Shown here: positions 29,920 to 40,121 of the stretch, piece by piece | How positions within the stretch are numbered: the stretch's first letter is position 1 | Layout of the letters: each line of letters opens with the position of its first letter | Assembly: GCA_964429815.1 (NCBI GenBank) | Contig: CAYSCM010000001.1 | Coordinates: 320,001-384,000 of the forward strand | Source of the DNA: an uncultured Candidatus Saccharibacteria bacterium | GTDB lineage: Bacteria; Patescibacteriota; Minisyncoccia; Phycocordibacterales; CAYSCM01 | Direction: 5' to 3' | Length of the DNA: 64,000 nt | Translations under genes and position numbers: made by a program | Notes under the pieces: generated by a model | What the model saw: the letters and a program-made list of their open reading frames with translations, nothing else | The model's database searches: none | What the model was told of the DNA's origin: nothing

Positions 29920-30461
29920 ACCTGGACCTTACGCTATTTCGTGCCATAAACGACCTCGCTGGTTCGTCGCGCTTCCTCGATTACGTCGCAATTTTTTTCG
30001 CAGAGTACTCTCAATATCTCTGGGTCGTCGTACTCGCGGGGTTTTTCGACATTCCTTCAAAACGCCTTAGCGAACATCGTGACATGGTGACGCTCGCGCT
30101 CGTCGCGGCCCTCACGGCGCGTTTCGCTATCAAGCCGCTCATCGCTTTCTTTTATGCGCGACCGCGTCCTTTCGAAGCCCTCTCTGGCGTGCACCAACTT
30201 ATCCCACTCATCGGTGGAAGTGGCTATTCGTTCCCCTCCGGTCACACACTCTTTTTCTTTGCAATAGCGACCGTACTTATCCGCTTTAATCGACGAGCGG
30301 GAACCATCGCTTTCATTGCCGCAACCCTTATGACGCTTTCCCGCATCTACGCAGGAGTCCACTACCCAAGCGATGTTCTCGCGGGAGCGATCATCGGCAT
30401 CGTGGTCGGATTGGCGACGGTTGCCCTGTATCGACGCTACGCCGCGCCTGCGCGCACGTAA
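29916..30461 (+). CDS. PAP2-family phosphatase (undecaprenyl-diphosphatase-like)
   Basis: About 181 aa from ATG 29916; PAP2 motifs KxxxxxxRP, PSGHT, SRIYAGVHYPSD. Confidence 0.8.
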   Translation: MNLDLTLFRAINDLAGSSRFLDYVAIFFAEYSQYLWVVVLAGFFDIPSKRLSEHRDMVTLALVAALTARFAIKPLIAFFYARPRPFEALSGVHQLIPLIGGSGYSFPSGHTLFFFAIATVLIRFNRRAGTIAFIAATLMTLSRIYAGVHYPSDVLAGAIIGIVVGLATVALYRRYAAPART

Positions 30462-30595
30462 GACCCTTCTTCTCGTGAAGGTCCACGAGGGCCTCTCTCC
30501 CAGTGACGGCGTATTTTTAACCTTCCGTTCATGGGAGCTTTGGTTTGATGAGGATGGTCGACATTAGCGGCCAGCCTATCCGCACAGCATAGCGT

Positions 30596-30781
30596 ATGCA
30601 TGGAAACGGGGCGCACAACTCACGAAAAAAGAAACGTGGATTCGCGGCGATGGACAAGGAGTTACAGCGTAAAATCGCCAGCAAAGGGGGGAAAAGCCAG
30701 GGCAAGGAGAACAATCCCGGCAACTTCGCCAATAATCCCGAACGCGCCAGCGTCGCTGGCCGCAAAGGGGGCCAGTCGTAA
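30596..30781 (+). CDS. KGG-repeat general stress protein (YciG-like)
   Basis: 61 aa; KGG(K/Q)S motifs repeated; followed by strong terminator. Confidence 0.6.
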   Translation: MHGNGAHNSRKKKRGFAAMDKELQRKIASKGGKSQGKENNPGNFANNPERASVAGRKGGQS

Positions 30782-30784
30782 GCC

Positions 30785-30817
30785 AAAAAAACACGCCACG
30801 TGTGGCGTGTTTTTTTG
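30785..30817. terminator. bidirectional intrinsic terminator
   Basis: aaaaaaacacgccacgtgtggcgtgttttttt. Confidence 0.85.
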
Positions 30818-30911
30818 GGTGATTTTAATACGCGGAGAAAAATTCACGCTACCTTTAGCGACGCCGTGAGAGACTTCAGAGCATAAGTTACTAACCTAAC
30901 AAGAAAAAGTT

Positions 30912-31064
30912 ATGCTCATAACCATCGCGGTCATTCTCCTCATCCTCTGGCTCCTAGGCGTAATAGGCGTCTACACCATCGGCTGGTTCATCCATATTCT
31001 TCTCGTCGTCGCCGTCATACTTTTTCTCGTACGCATCATTCAGGGAAAAAATCCGCTCACCTAA
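30912..31064 (+). CDS. lmo0937-family small membrane protein (50 aa; not in ORF track)
   Basis: MLITIAVILLILWLLGVIGVYTIGWFIHILLVVAVILFLVRIIQGKNPLT matches the lmo0937 family pattern. Confidence 0.55.
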   Translation: MLITIAVILLILWLLGVIGVYTIGWFIHILLVVAVILFLVRIIQGKNPLT

Positions 31065-31082
31065 GAATCGGATGAAAGGTTT

Positions 31083-31790
31083 TTGTTCGAGAAGATGATC
31101 TCGGCTAACGGTTCACCTACCCTTCATGACGGCTCCTGGTACAATGCGGCGATGAATCCGCATGCACGAGGAGGAATTCTCGGTATCGTCCTTGTGCTCG
31201 TGCTGTGCTCAAGCATTGCGGCGTATGTTCTCTTTCGCAGCGGGCTCGTCGAGACCGGGGGAGAGGGAGTGTTTGAGACAGGTCCATGCGAACTGATCGC
31301 GATGGTGACGACGACCGTCTACGCAAGGCCTGACAGGGACGCCTCCGTATCGGGGTTTCTCTCGTCGCAAGAAAAAGTAGGCGTCTCCGGCATAACTGCC
31401 AAAGGTTGGTTCGGCTTCGATCCCGGAGTTGCCCACACGGTATCTATCGGTCCGTTCCGACTGCGCTACATTGCACCGGACACAGGTGCCCGCCTCTCCG
31501 GAAACTGCGCTGACGTACCCACAGTGATCACACTTCCTCCGTTCGTGTGTTTTACTATGGCCGGAACGGTAACTCCCATATACTCACGTCGCTCCTCGAC
31601 CTCTTCCATCGTCGCGGTCATGCACCTCGGCGATTATGTCGAGGTGACCGGCAAGACCGACGTTGAAGGCGCTCATGATTTCGTCCGGGTGGACTCGCGA
31701 GAAGGGAGTCTGCCAGGGGATATAGTCGGGTGGGTAGAAGGCTCCTCCACCAACCTCAATGGCGCTTGCGGGCGACTGCCGCACCTCTAA
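31083..31790 (+). CDS. hypothetical membrane-anchored protein
   Basis: 235 aa; one TM then extracytoplasmic domain. Confidence 0.5.
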   Translation: MFEKMISANGSPTLHDGSWYNAAMNPHARGGILGIVLVLVLCSSIAAYVLFRSGLVETGGEGVFETGPCELIAMVTTTVYARPDRDASVSGFLSSQEKVGVSGITAKGWFGFDPGVAHTVSIGPFRLRYIAPDTGARLSGNCADVPTVITLPPFVCFTMAGTVTPIYSRRSSTSSIVAVMHLGDYVEVTGKTDVEGAHDFVRVDSREGSLPGDIVGWVEGSSTNLNGACGRLPHL

Positions 31791-32302
31791 CTTAGAAAAA
31801 AGAGGTGATATATGACGCGTACGAACGGGTCTATGTCCGGCCCGTAGACGATAGCCGTACCGAAACCTCCGGTTATCGTGATGGTGATAAGACCCGCGAC
31901 CGAAAGAAAGATGCGCAGGGGAGGATACTGCAAGATTTTCTCGAGCCTTGCAAGACATAGCCCCGCCCATCTTGAAAAGAATTTCGAATAACGCTCCTCA
32001 AGAAAGAAAAGGGCGTATCCGATTCCGAGCGCCGAAAAGAGAAACGCCGTTGTGTAGCCGAACTGCGAATGGACCCCGATGAGAGCTTCTTTCTCAGGGT
32101 GCTGTGCGAGTACGTACTCTTGCGTCACCTCGCCGAGCTGCGTCGCGATAAGGGCGAGGACGGCCCCGGCGATGACAAGTGTTCCGCGGAAATGCCTCCA
32201 GTGAGGTCCGCGAAACCACCCACCGGAAGAAGCTATTTCCGCGATCGCATAGGCAACGAGGAGGCCGATTGGGAAGTGAACGAAGAGGGGGTGTAGGTTC
32301 AT
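31787..32302 (-). CDS. DUF2231-like membrane protein
   Basis: 171 aa; MNLHPLFVHFPIGLL N-terminus; 4 TM. Confidence 0.55.
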   Translation of the reverse strand: MNLHPLFVHFPIGLLVAYAIAEIASSGGWFRGPHWRHFRGTLVIAGAVLALIATQLGEVTQEYVLAQHPEKEALIGVHSQFGYTTAFLFSALGIGYALFFLEERYSKFFSRWAGLCLARLEKILQYPPLRIFLSVAGLITITITGGFGTAIVYGPDIDPFVRVIYHLFFLS

Positions 32303-32311
32303 CGGCCTACG

Positions 32312-32752
32312 TTAGCGAGGCCGAGCTCCGGCGGCAAAAAAGGTTTCGGTGGTCGAAGCAGGTCGTATTTGGATCGAGTTTGCCGTAATAGAGCCGTCCG
32401 AATTGTTACTGCCGGCAGCAACGATGTTTTCACCGAGCACAAGGTCGTCGAGGTTCCCCGCGACCATTTTCCCGACCATCGTCGAAGCGCCGAAGAAGAC
32501 GATGCGGGAACCGCCGGAAGGCAACTTTACGGTGACGCTTTGTTCGTCCTTCGCGATTATCTCTCCCACCGCGGCGTTACCGAGACGCCCCCGCTGGGTC
32601 GCCCCGGTCGCCCCGGCTCCGCCAAACCCTCCGGCAGTGCGTACTGCGCGCGCTCCGGTACCGGAGCGCGCGTGAAGCACGCCTGCGTAAAACGATGCAC
32701 CGCTTGCGATGATGAGGACGACGGCGACGATGATAAGATTTTTTCGGTTCAT
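32312..32752 (-). CDS. small secreted protein (DUF5666-like)
   Basis: 146 aa; signal anchor, Gly-rich linker, beta-rich C-terminus; last gene of ABC operon. Confidence 0.5.
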   Translation of the reverse strand: MNRKNLIIVAVVLIIASGASFYAGVLHARSGTGARAVRTAGGFGGAGATGATQRGRLGNAAVGEIIAKDEQSVTVKLPSGGSRIVFFGASTMVGKMVAGNLDDLVLGENIVAAGSNNSDGSITANSIQIRPASTTETFFAAGARPR

Positions 32753-32782
32753 GGTAGATGGTTACGTTACTAATTAATAATG

Positions 32783-34006
32783 CTACTCATAGCGAAGTGC
32801 CTCGATGGGGTTAAGCTGTGCCGCGCGCCGAGCCGGATAGTAGCCGAAGAGTATTCCTATCCCCGCCGCCACTCCGAACGCCAGGATGACCGAAGAGATG
32901 GAGACGCTCGTCTGTACAAGTCCGAGCGCTTTGACAGCACGGGCCAGAGCCCAGCCGAGAAGTATCCCAATGACACCTCCTACCCCCGTGAGCGCCACGG
33001 CCTCGGCAAGGAATTGGACCGTGATGTCGTGTCGAGTCGCACCTATTGCTTTGCGAAGCCCTATCTCTCGCGTGCGCTCGGTAACCGTCGTCAGCATCAT
33101 GTTCATGATGCCAATGCCGCCGACCACCAGCGATATCCCCGCGATCGCAGCAAGAAGAATAGTAAGGGTCCCGGTGATGCTTGAGGCCGTCGCGATGATA
33201 TCCGCCTCGTTGATGGTCGAAAAGTCGGCGGCGGTGGGGTCCGAGATGTGGTGGCGATTAAGGAGCAGCGTCGTAATATCCTGCTGCATCTGGGTCATGG
33301 CCGCCGCATCGACAGCCTCGACGCTTATGGTCGAGAGGTAGGAACTTCCCGCAAGGTAGCGCTGCGCGGACGTGAGCGGTACGTAGATAGCGTCATCGGG
33401 GTTGTTAAAACCGGACCCGCCCTTGCTTTTGGTGATACCGATGACCTTGAATTGCACCCCTTTGATACGGACGACGTCCCCCAAGGCATCCGCACCTTCG
33501 CCGAAAAGGTCGTCGCGGGCGGTGGGACCAAGGACCGCGACCTTGGCGAGCGAGCGGTCGTTTTGGTCGGAGATAAAAGAACCTTCGTCGACTTCAACGT
33601 TGCGAACCGTCGGGTAGCTGCCCGTCGTACCGATGACCGAAGTGTTCGTATTAGTGCCCTTGGCGCTTATTTGGTAGCGCCCGGTGAGTTCCGGCGCAAC
33701 GGCTTCGACGGAATTCACCTCGGAAGCGACGGCGTCCGCATCGCCGCGCGTGAGCGACTGGGCCGTACCGCGCCCGGTAGATATAGTGAACCCCGGCCCG
33801 CGTTGTGCGCCCGGGGTCACGAGTACCAAATTAGCCCCGATCGATTGAATACTTGCTTGAATGGAATTTTGAGCGCCTTGCCCGACCGATATCATCGCAA
33901 TGACGGAAGAAATTCCTATCACGATGCCCAGGACCGTAAGGGAAGAGCGCACCTTGTTGGCGCTCATGGCGTGGTACGTCTCATCCATAACGTCAGTGAA
34001 TCTCAT
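32783..34006 (-). CDS. ABC transporter permease, MacB/FtsX-type
   Basis: 407 aa; TM1, large periplasmic domain, C-terminal 3 TM; overlaps ATPase gene by 4 nt. Confidence 0.85.
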   Translation of the reverse strand: MRFTDVMDETYHAMSANKVRSSLTVLGIVIGISSVIAMISVGQGAQNSIQASIQSIGANLVLVTPGAQRGPGFTISTGRGTAQSLTRGDADAVASEVNSVEAVAPELTGRYQISAKGTNTNTSVIGTTGSYPTVRNVEVDEGSFISDQNDRSLAKVAVLGPTARDDLFGEGADALGDVVRIKGVQFKVIGITKSKGGSGFNNPDDAIYVPLTSAQRYLAGSSYLSTISVEAVDAAAMTQMQQDITTLLLNRHHISDPTAADFSTINEADIIATASSITGTLTILLAAIAGISLVVGGIGIMNMMLTTVTERTREIGLRKAIGATRHDITVQFLAEAVALTGVGGVIGILLGWALARAVKALGLVQTSVSISSVILAFGVAAGIGILFGYYPARRAAQLNPIEALRYE

Positions 34007-34710
34007 ACATTGGCGTGAAGTCGATGTCGACCTGTCTTTTCATCGGAGACGACCATGCCGTCTCGAATGGAAATGATACGCTGCGCATGCTGTGCAACGT
34101 CGTGCTCGTGCGTGATGATGACGATGGTACGACCGAGCTCGCGGTTGAGGCGCCCGAAGGTGTCGAGCACTACCTCGCCCGTTTTGGTGTCGAGGTTACC
34201 GGTCGGCTCGTCGGCGAGGATGAGCACCGGATCATTGACGAGCGCGCGAGCGATGGCGACGCGCTGCTGTTGGCCGCCCGAGAGAAGGTTGCTCCGATAG
34301 TAAAAGTGTCCCTCATCGAGACCCGCTTCGACGAGCGCCCTCTTCGCTCGAGTCTCTCTTCCATGTTCGGGCATTTGGGCATAGACCAAGGGAAGCATCA
34401 CGTTGCGCATGACGCTCGTGCGGCGCAAGAGGTTGAAAGTTTGAAACACGAACCCGATTTTGGCCCTTCGTATGGACGCAAGCGCATCGTCGGAGAGCGT
34501 CGATACGTCGATGCCGTCGAGCGAGTACGTACCGCTCGAGGGCGTATCGAGGCAGCCAAGTATGTTCATGAGCGTCGATTTTCCCGAGCCAGACGGGCCC
34601 ATGATAGCGACGAATTCACCGGTTTTTATACTGAAGGAAATACCCCGGAGGACGATGGTTTCGAGATCACCAGCATGAAAGATCTTAGTGATGTCCGTAA
34701 GCTCGATCAT
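34003..34710 (-). CDS. ABC transporter ATP-binding protein (MacB/LolD-type)
   Basis: 235 aa; [35 protein letters not shown]. Confidence 0.9.
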   Translation of the reverse strand: MIELTDITKIFHAGDLETIVLRGISFSIKTGEFVAIMGPSGSGKSTLMNILGCLDTPSSGTYSLDGIDVSTLSDDALASIRRAKIGFVFQTFNLLRRTSVMRNVMLPLVYAQMPEHGRETRAKRALVEAGLDEGHFYYRSNLLSGGQQQRVAIARALVNDPVLILADEPTGNLDTKTGEVVLDTFGRLNRELGRTIVIITHEHDVAQHAQRIISIRDGMVVSDEKTGRHRLHANV

Positions 34711-34712
34711 GG

Positions 34713-36488
34713 TCAGCGTCCGCCCGTTTGTATCCGGACGTTGCCACCGCCGCGGGCGCTCCCGATGAGGCTCGGCGCTTGTTGCGTCACTGTCGTCGCA
34801 GCGGATATGGTGCGGGAGATTATTTGTTCTCCCTCGTCGAGACCCGAGGTTATTTCAACCGCGCTGTCGCTCGTGAGCCCGACCGTGACCGGCGTGCGGA
34901 TCGGTGTCTCGCTCGTCGTAAGGCCCTGTGCCGAGTCTGTGGACGTCGCGACGGGCGGGTTAAAGACCTCGACGTAACTTGCACCGCCTTGTGATTTGAC
35001 GGCGGAGGAGGGGACGATGAGCGCGTCCGTTTTGCTTCCGCTGATGATGGCGGCTGAAACGCTCATTCCAGGCTTGATGTGTGCGTCTTGGGTATCGAGA
35101 TGAATGTCAACGGTATAGGTGACCACCCCCTGCGAGACGGTGCCCACCGTATCGACCGATGCGACTTCACCGGTGATGGAAAGCCCGTCGATGGCGTCGA
35201 AGGTAAGGGTGGCCTTCTGTCCCACCCTGACCTTCGCGACATCGACCTCGTTTAGGGTTACCTCGGCGAGTTGATCGGACGTTACGAGCGTGGCAACAGC
35301 GCTCCCCGCGCTCACCGAGTCGTATTTTTTAACGTTGACCTTGGCAAGCGTTCCCGCGAAAGGCGCGTACACGGCATAATTGTTTAGTGTCTGCTGCGCA
35401 TCCAAGAGCGCGTTTCGTCGCTGCAACAACGTGAGCTGGGAGGATTGAATATCAAGACTATCCGCGCCCGCCTTTAATTTTTGAAGCGACTGTTGCTTTT
35501 CGAGAATCGTCGACGTAGCGGTCTCTATCGCCGTTTTGTTCGTCAGAAGGCTTTGCACGTCGCCATTGACCTGTCCCGTATACGTCCCGAGATTGGTGAG
35601 GTAGACAGTGAGCGTCGAAGGGATCGCAAGTGAGTGCTCGGTGAGCCGGTCTTTTACGAAGTTGTAGAGATCGGTCGCGCTTTTAATAGCGTCACTTATC
35701 TTTTTGCTGGTGTCATAGGATTCACCGATAAGGCCGGTAAGGGTGCCGGCGTCCGCGCCACGAGAAGTAGCTTTGTAGTCGGCAAACGTTTTGTTGTAGG
35801 CATCATTCGCCCCTAGGTAGGCAGCGATGGCGGCATCTTTGTAGGTTGTTACGTTGTTGTCGAAGAGGCGAACCATATCAGAGAACGCGGAAGCGTTGTC
35901 TTGCGTGTTTCCTCCGACATTGTTGTGACCATAGAGGGCGTCGTAGAGGCCGCTCATGACCGACGGCAAATTAAGGAACGCATTACTTACAGAGCTGAAA
36001 CCATTATCAAGACCTTGGCTGTAATCGCTTTGCGCTTGAGAGAGCGCGTTTTGGGCCTGCGTCAGGGAGAGCGTGTCCGCTGGCTCCGTCAATTTTTGAA
36101 GCGCTATCTGGGCGCTTTGAAGGTTAGCCTCCGCGTCTCGCACTCCTTTTTGCGCGTCGGCGCTGTCGAGGGCGACGATAAGTTGCCCTGCATGGACGAC
36201 CTGCCCCCGCGCGGGGCTTACGTATACGACGTCGCCTCCCGCTTTAGGCTTAAGGTCGATTTGCTGCGAAGCAAGAACCTGTCCGGTACCGGTCACCGAG
36301 GAGACGATGGTTCCGCGCTCCGCCCTAGCGAGCACGTAGCGCGTCTGACTCGGCGTCGACGAAAAAGCGCCATAGGCGTAATAGCAAAATCCAAAAAAGG
36401 CGAGAAGGGAAATAGCCGAGGTAATCTTATGAGCTTTTGCGCGGGCAACCATACGCATAAGAAAACGACTATTAGGAGAAGATTTCAT
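34713..36488 (-). CDS. HlyD/MacA-family periplasmic adaptor (membrane fusion protein) with long coiled coil
   Basis: 591 aa; N-terminal TM, biotinyl-lipoyl-like segments, extensive Q/L/A-rich coiled coil. Confidence 0.7.
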   Translation of the reverse strand: MKSSPNSRFLMRMVARAKAHKITSAISLLAFFGFCYYAYGAFSSTPSQTRYVLARAERGTIVSSVTGTGQVLASQQIDLKPKAGGDVVYVSPARGQVVHAGQLIVALDSADAQKGVRDAEANLQSAQIALQKLTEPADTLSLTQAQNALSQAQSDYSQGLDNGFSSVSNAFLNLPSVMSGLYDALYGHNNVGGNTQDNASAFSDMVRLFDNNVTTYKDAAIAAYLGANDAYNKTFADYKATSRGADAGTLTGLIGESYDTSKKISDAIKSATDLYNFVKDRLTEHSLAIPSTLTVYLTNLGTYTGQVNGDVQSLLTNKTAIETATSTILEKQQSLQKLKAGADSLDIQSSQLTLLQRRNALLDAQQTLNNYAVYAPFAGTLAKVNVKKYDSVSAGSAVATLVTSDQLAEVTLNEVDVAKVRVGQKATLTFDAIDGLSITGEVASVDTVGTVSQGVVTYTVDIHLDTQDAHIKPGMSVSAAIISGSKTDALIVPSSAVKSQGGASYVEVFNPPVATSTDSAQGLTTSETPIRTPVTVGLTSDSAVEITSGLDEGEQIISRTISAATTVTQQAPSLIGSARGGGNVRIQTGGR

Positions 36489-36491
36489 ACG

Positions 36492-36959
36492 TTAGCGCAT
36501 CGGGGGCGGCGGCAGGACGCGAACAAACCGCGCGACGACCTGGGAGCTATCATTTGGATTGCCGATGACGACGACGTAATCATCCTCAGCAAGCGTTGAG
36601 GAAGAAATGATCTGTTCCCCGCTGCGAATAGTGGTGCTCGCGTTGAGAAGGACGACCTTTTCTTCTCCGCGCGGCTCTTCGACCAGGAATGTCGGGAGGG
36701 AGACTTTGATTATTTTCCCAAACGCACCATTTCCACCCGGAAGGTTGAAGAAAGAAGATCCCATCGGCATTCCACGATCTTCTCCCGAACGGAAGACACG
36801 GTAGTAACTATCCCCAAAACGATACGCAAACCCCGCCTCATGCCGTCCCACGACGACACCAGCCTGGAAGACGACAAGAACGCTGATAATGGCAAGGAGA
36901 GCTATCAAGACGCGACGCAACGTCTTCGATTCGAACGTCGAGTGCAGGTTCATGTGCAA
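36492..36959 (-). CDS. hypothetical membrane-anchored protein
   Basis: 155 aa; single TM. Confidence 0.5.
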   Translation of the reverse strand: MHMNLHSTFESKTLRRVLIALLAIISVLVVFQAGVVVGRHEAGFAYRFGDSYYRVFRSGEDRGMPMGSSFFNLPGGNGAFGKIIKVSLPTFLVEEPRGEEKVVLLNASTTIRSGEQIISSSTLAEDDYVVVIGNPNDSSQVVARFVRVLPPPPMR

Positions 36960-36962
36960 AAG

Positions 36963-37400
36963 TTATGCGTAGCGAATAAAAAATGGTCGCGATGTGCCGA
37001 ACAAAAACCGAAGCGACAGAAGGAAGGTGGAAAGAGACAGCAACACTGCAATGAATCCCATGACCGGCAGCGTCTGCGCGATCGAGAGCAGGAGCTCTCG
37101 CCAGACTTCTAGTGCAGATGAGCCATCGCTTACGACGAGGCGTACATATGAGGTAAAGCCGCTGATGCTCGCCTCATTGAGGAGCAATCTCATTGCAGGA
37201 ACGAGGGCTCCGAACGAAAGAAGCGAACAAAGACCCATCGTAAAGATCTGAAGTCGATGGCCGCGCCTCATGCGTCGCATGAGCGCCTGTTCGATAGCGC
37301 CTTTCAAGGCAAGACGGGGCCGCGGTGAGGCTAGGCTTTGGAAGATTTCTTCGTAGGAAGTCATGGTATGTATACGTAAGAGGAGCGCATCTGGGTGCAC
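36963..37400 (-). CDS. membrane protein, possible anti-sigma factor
   Basis: 145 aa; immediately downstream of ECF sigma on the same strand; TM segments. Confidence 0.4.
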   Translation of the reverse strand: MHPDALLLRIHTMTSYEEIFQSLASPRPRLALKGAIEQALMRRMRRGHRLQIFTMGLCSLLSFGALVPAMRLLLNEASISGFTSYVRLVVSDGSSALEVWRELLLSIAQTLPVMGFIAVLLSLSTFLLSLRFLFGTSRPFFIRYA

Positions 37401-37553
37401 TCCTCCTTCTCATGGCCGGCGCGATAAAGTCGGCATATCGCGCCAGCGCGATAAACGCGCTACGCCCATCTGGCAGTGCCAGCGCGCGCAGGCGAGAGGC
37501 TTATGGCCTCTACATAAGAATACGGACAAAGTGTGAATCTTGGTGCACCATGC

Positions 37554-38168
37554 TCATTTCCGCTCTCGAAGGTCGAGGCTGGAGCGAAGTTTTTCGATGG
37601 CGCGTCGATGTCGGCTCTTTACGGTATTGTTCGATTGTCCGAGAATGTTCCCGATTTCCTCAAAGGTGAACCCATCGATATAGTGAAGATGAAGTACTTC
37701 TTGTTGCGGTAGAGGGAGCTCCTCCATGACTTCGGCGAGATGTCGCGCGTCTTCGGCGCGAGCGGCCAGCTCGGAGGGCAGAGCAGCGTTATCGGGAAGA
37801 TTCTCCGCAAACGAGCCGGCACGTTCGTCGCTCTCGAGCTCGGAGAAAAGTGTCTCGCGCCGCTTTCGCAAGAGATCTATCGAGGCATTACGGGCAATGT
37901 TGTAGAGCCATGTACGAAAACTCCAAAAACTGTCGTAGCGCGCAAGATTACGCCAGACTTTCACGAACGTTTCCTGTGCCGCATCTTCAGCGACTTCTTC
38001 TCGTCCGGTGAGCCGGAAAACGAATGCGTACACGCCAGGCAGATGACGTTCGACAAGATTCGCGAGGGCCGCCTCGTCGCCGTGCAGCGCTTCGTCCACG
38101 AGTTCTTTGTCTGAGCGCGGGTCCATGGGGGAAAGCGTAGCGCGTGAAAGCGAAAAGTAAACCGTCAC
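37554..38168 (-). CDS. ECF-family RNA polymerase sigma factor
   Basis: 204 aa; region 2 (YAFVFRLTGREEVAEDAAQETFVKVW) and region 4 HTH. Confidence 0.85.
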   Translation of the reverse strand: MTVYFSLSRATLSPMDPRSDKELVDEALHGDEAALANLVERHLPGVYAFVFRLTGREEVAEDAAQETFVKVWRNLARYDSFWSFRTWLYNIARNASIDLLRKRRETLFSELESDERAGSFAENLPDNAALPSELAARAEDARHLAEVMEELPLPQQEVLHLHYIDGFTFEEIGNILGQSNNTVKSRHRRAIEKLRSSLDLRERK

Positions 38169-38306
38169 GACTTGACTTGCTATACTAGGGTCGTAGTGTC
38201 TTGATACCTACGCTAACGGGCTGAAAACAGTTATAACGCGGCTTACCTTAAGCGTATTTTCTCCGCGAGGCCGTGGTAATAGCCTCGAGTCCGTATCGTC
38301 ATCATT

Positions 38307-38816
38307 ATGGAAGAACAAAAGAGGGCGTTCCTAGCGGCATATGAGGAGCATGCGGACGCGCTCTACCGCTACTGTTATTTCAAAATAAACGATACCGAGA
38401 TCGCACGAGATTTATTGCAGGACACGTTCGCAAAAACGTGGAATTACATTGCGTCGGGCAACACGGTAAGCAACATGAAAGCGTTTCTCTATCGCTCGAT
38501 CAACAACGAGATCATCGACGAATACCGGAGGAAGAAGCATGCCTCACTTGAGGTTATGGCCGAAGAATCGGGATTCGATCCGGTGGCTCCGGAGATGAGC
38601 TCTCACGAAGAGCTGCTCGACGGGAAGCGAGTATTGACGCTCCTTGGCCATCTGCCGAAGCTCTATCGGGATGCGATATTCATGCGCTATGTGGAGGAGC
38701 TTTCTCTCACCGAAATAGCGGAGATACTCGGTGAATCGGAAAATACCATCTCCGTGCGCGTTCACCGTGGAATAAAAAAACTGCGGGAACTTTTCGACGA
38801 AAACATACGAACATGA
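38307..38816 (+). CDS. ECF-family RNA polymerase sigma factor
   Basis: 169 aa; region 2 (LYRYCYFKINDTEIARDLLQDTFAK), region 4 (LSLTEIAEILGESENTISVRVHRGIKKLR). Confidence 0.85.
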   Translation: MEEQKRAFLAAYEEHADALYRYCYFKINDTEIARDLLQDTFAKTWNYIASGNTVSNMKAFLYRSINNEIIDEYRRKKHASLEVMAEESGFDPVAPEMSSHEELLDGKRVLTLLGHLPKLYRDAIFMRYVEELSLTEIAEILGESENTISVRVHRGIKKLRELFDENIRT

Positions 38817-40066
38817 ACGAACGAAACGCTAATTCAATAGAGGAAATCCTCACGCGCGGAAAAAGCGTCCGGCTTTCTGATTTTGAAAAGGGAGAGATGC
38901 GCAAATCCCTCATCAACACGATGGAGACTACTTCGTCGCGACCCCGCATATATCGCCAAGCGCGTGCTCTTTCTTGGAGTTATCTTTCGATGCGGGTGAG
39001 CGTCGCTTCGCTCCTCGTGCTTTTCCTCGGGGCTGGGACGTCGTTTGCGGCTCAGAGCGCGGTCCCGGGCGACGCACTATATCCCATCAAAGTCGGTGTG
39101 AACGAAAAAGTCGAAATTTTCCTTGCTAGGAGCCAAAAAGCGCTCGCCGAAGTAACCGCCAAGCATGCGCTCACGCGCCTTACGGAAGCGGAGACCCTCG
39201 CGTCGGAAGGAAAGCTCGACCCCAAGAAGAAATCCGAGGTCGAACAGCGTTTCTACAAAAACGTGGCCGATCTGCGCGGGAATCTCAAGAAATTGGAGGG
39301 GAGCGGCGACTACGCGGCGGCGACCAACGTGAGCTCCTCCTTCGAGGAGGGTCTTGGTGAGCATCTTGGTGCCTTTGTCAATCTCTCCGGAAACATTGCA
39401 ACGGCAACGCCCGAAGTAGCCGCCATTGCCGACTCGGTGGGCAGCGAGCTCCAGTCGACCCAGAACGAGCGGGTAGCGATCTCTGAGCGGGAAATCTCCG
39501 AAGCGGCGACGACCACGCTCGCGCAAGTCCGTGCCGCTTCGGATAGCGCGCAGAAGAAAATCGCGGACGTTGAAGCGTTCGTGTCCCAATCTTCCTCCTC
39601 GACACCCTCCCCGGTATCTGCCGTTGTCACTGAGCGTCTTAGCGCTGCAGAAGAACTCTTTGCGCGCGCGGTGGCCCTTCAAAATGCCGGCTCCTACGGC
39701 GAAGCGTTCGCGCTCTTTAGGGAGGTGCAGTCGCAAGTACAGGACGTCAAACTCCTCACCATTTTGGGTACGAAGGTAAAGCGCGGACTCACGGTGCGCT
39801 CCGCTCAAGGGGTCGCAACAAGCTCGCTCACGGGTTTTCCCAAAAAGGGAGAGGAAGGCTCGGGTGAAAAGGTCCAGGTACGTGCGGAACTCGCCCCCCA
39901 ACCAAAGGCCGCCGAGCTCGACATCAACGGTGAGCTGCGACAATCCGCTGATGAAAAATCATTGAGCACCAGCAGCGAAAGGAGGGGTATCAAGATACAG
40001 ATCGATCGAGATGGGGAGCAGAGAGACGAGGAAAGCTCCGGCGTTCATCTCAATATCGATCTCTGA
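38813..40066 (+). CDS. DUF5667-like membrane-anchored protein (putative anti-sigma/partner of ECF sigma)
   Basis: 417 aa; overlaps sigma gene by 4 nt; single TM; helical extracytoplasmic domain. Confidence 0.55.
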   Translation: MNERNANSIEEILTRGKSVRLSDFEKGEMRKSLINTMETTSSRPRIYRQARALSWSYLSMRVSVASLLVLFLGAGTSFAAQSAVPGDALYPIKVGVNEKVEIFLARSQKALAEVTAKHALTRLTEAETLASEGKLDPKKKSEVEQRFYKNVADLRGNLKKLEGSGDYAAATNVSSSFEEGLGEHLGAFVNLSGNIATATPEVAAIADSVGSELQSTQNERVAISEREISEAATTTLAQVRAASDSAQKKIADVEAFVSQSSSSTPSPVSAVVTERLSAAEELFARAVALQNAGSYGEAFALFREVQSQVQDVKLLTILGTKVKRGLTVRSAQGVATSSLTGFPKKGEEGSGEKVQVRAELAPQPKAAELDINGELRQSADEKSLSTSSERRGIKIQIDRDGEQRDEESSGVHLNIDL

Positions 40067-40121
40067 AATTTTGATACCCGACCGAGAGCCGGTCGTCTTC
40101 CTCAAGGAGGGGTACAATAGC

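Noticed and set aside
33248-34018. 256-aa plus-strand ORF
   Set aside because: Antisense to the MacB-type permease gene; Arg/Gly-rich spurious frame.
39077-39943. 288-aa minus-strand ORF
   Set aside because: Antisense to the DUF5667 gene, which has the better coding features and is translationally coupled to the sigma factor.
40011-40121. N-terminal extension of the rarA frame
   Set aside because: Overlaps the end of the DUF5667 gene; the conserved RarA N-terminus starts at MEPLASKIRPEQL (40122).
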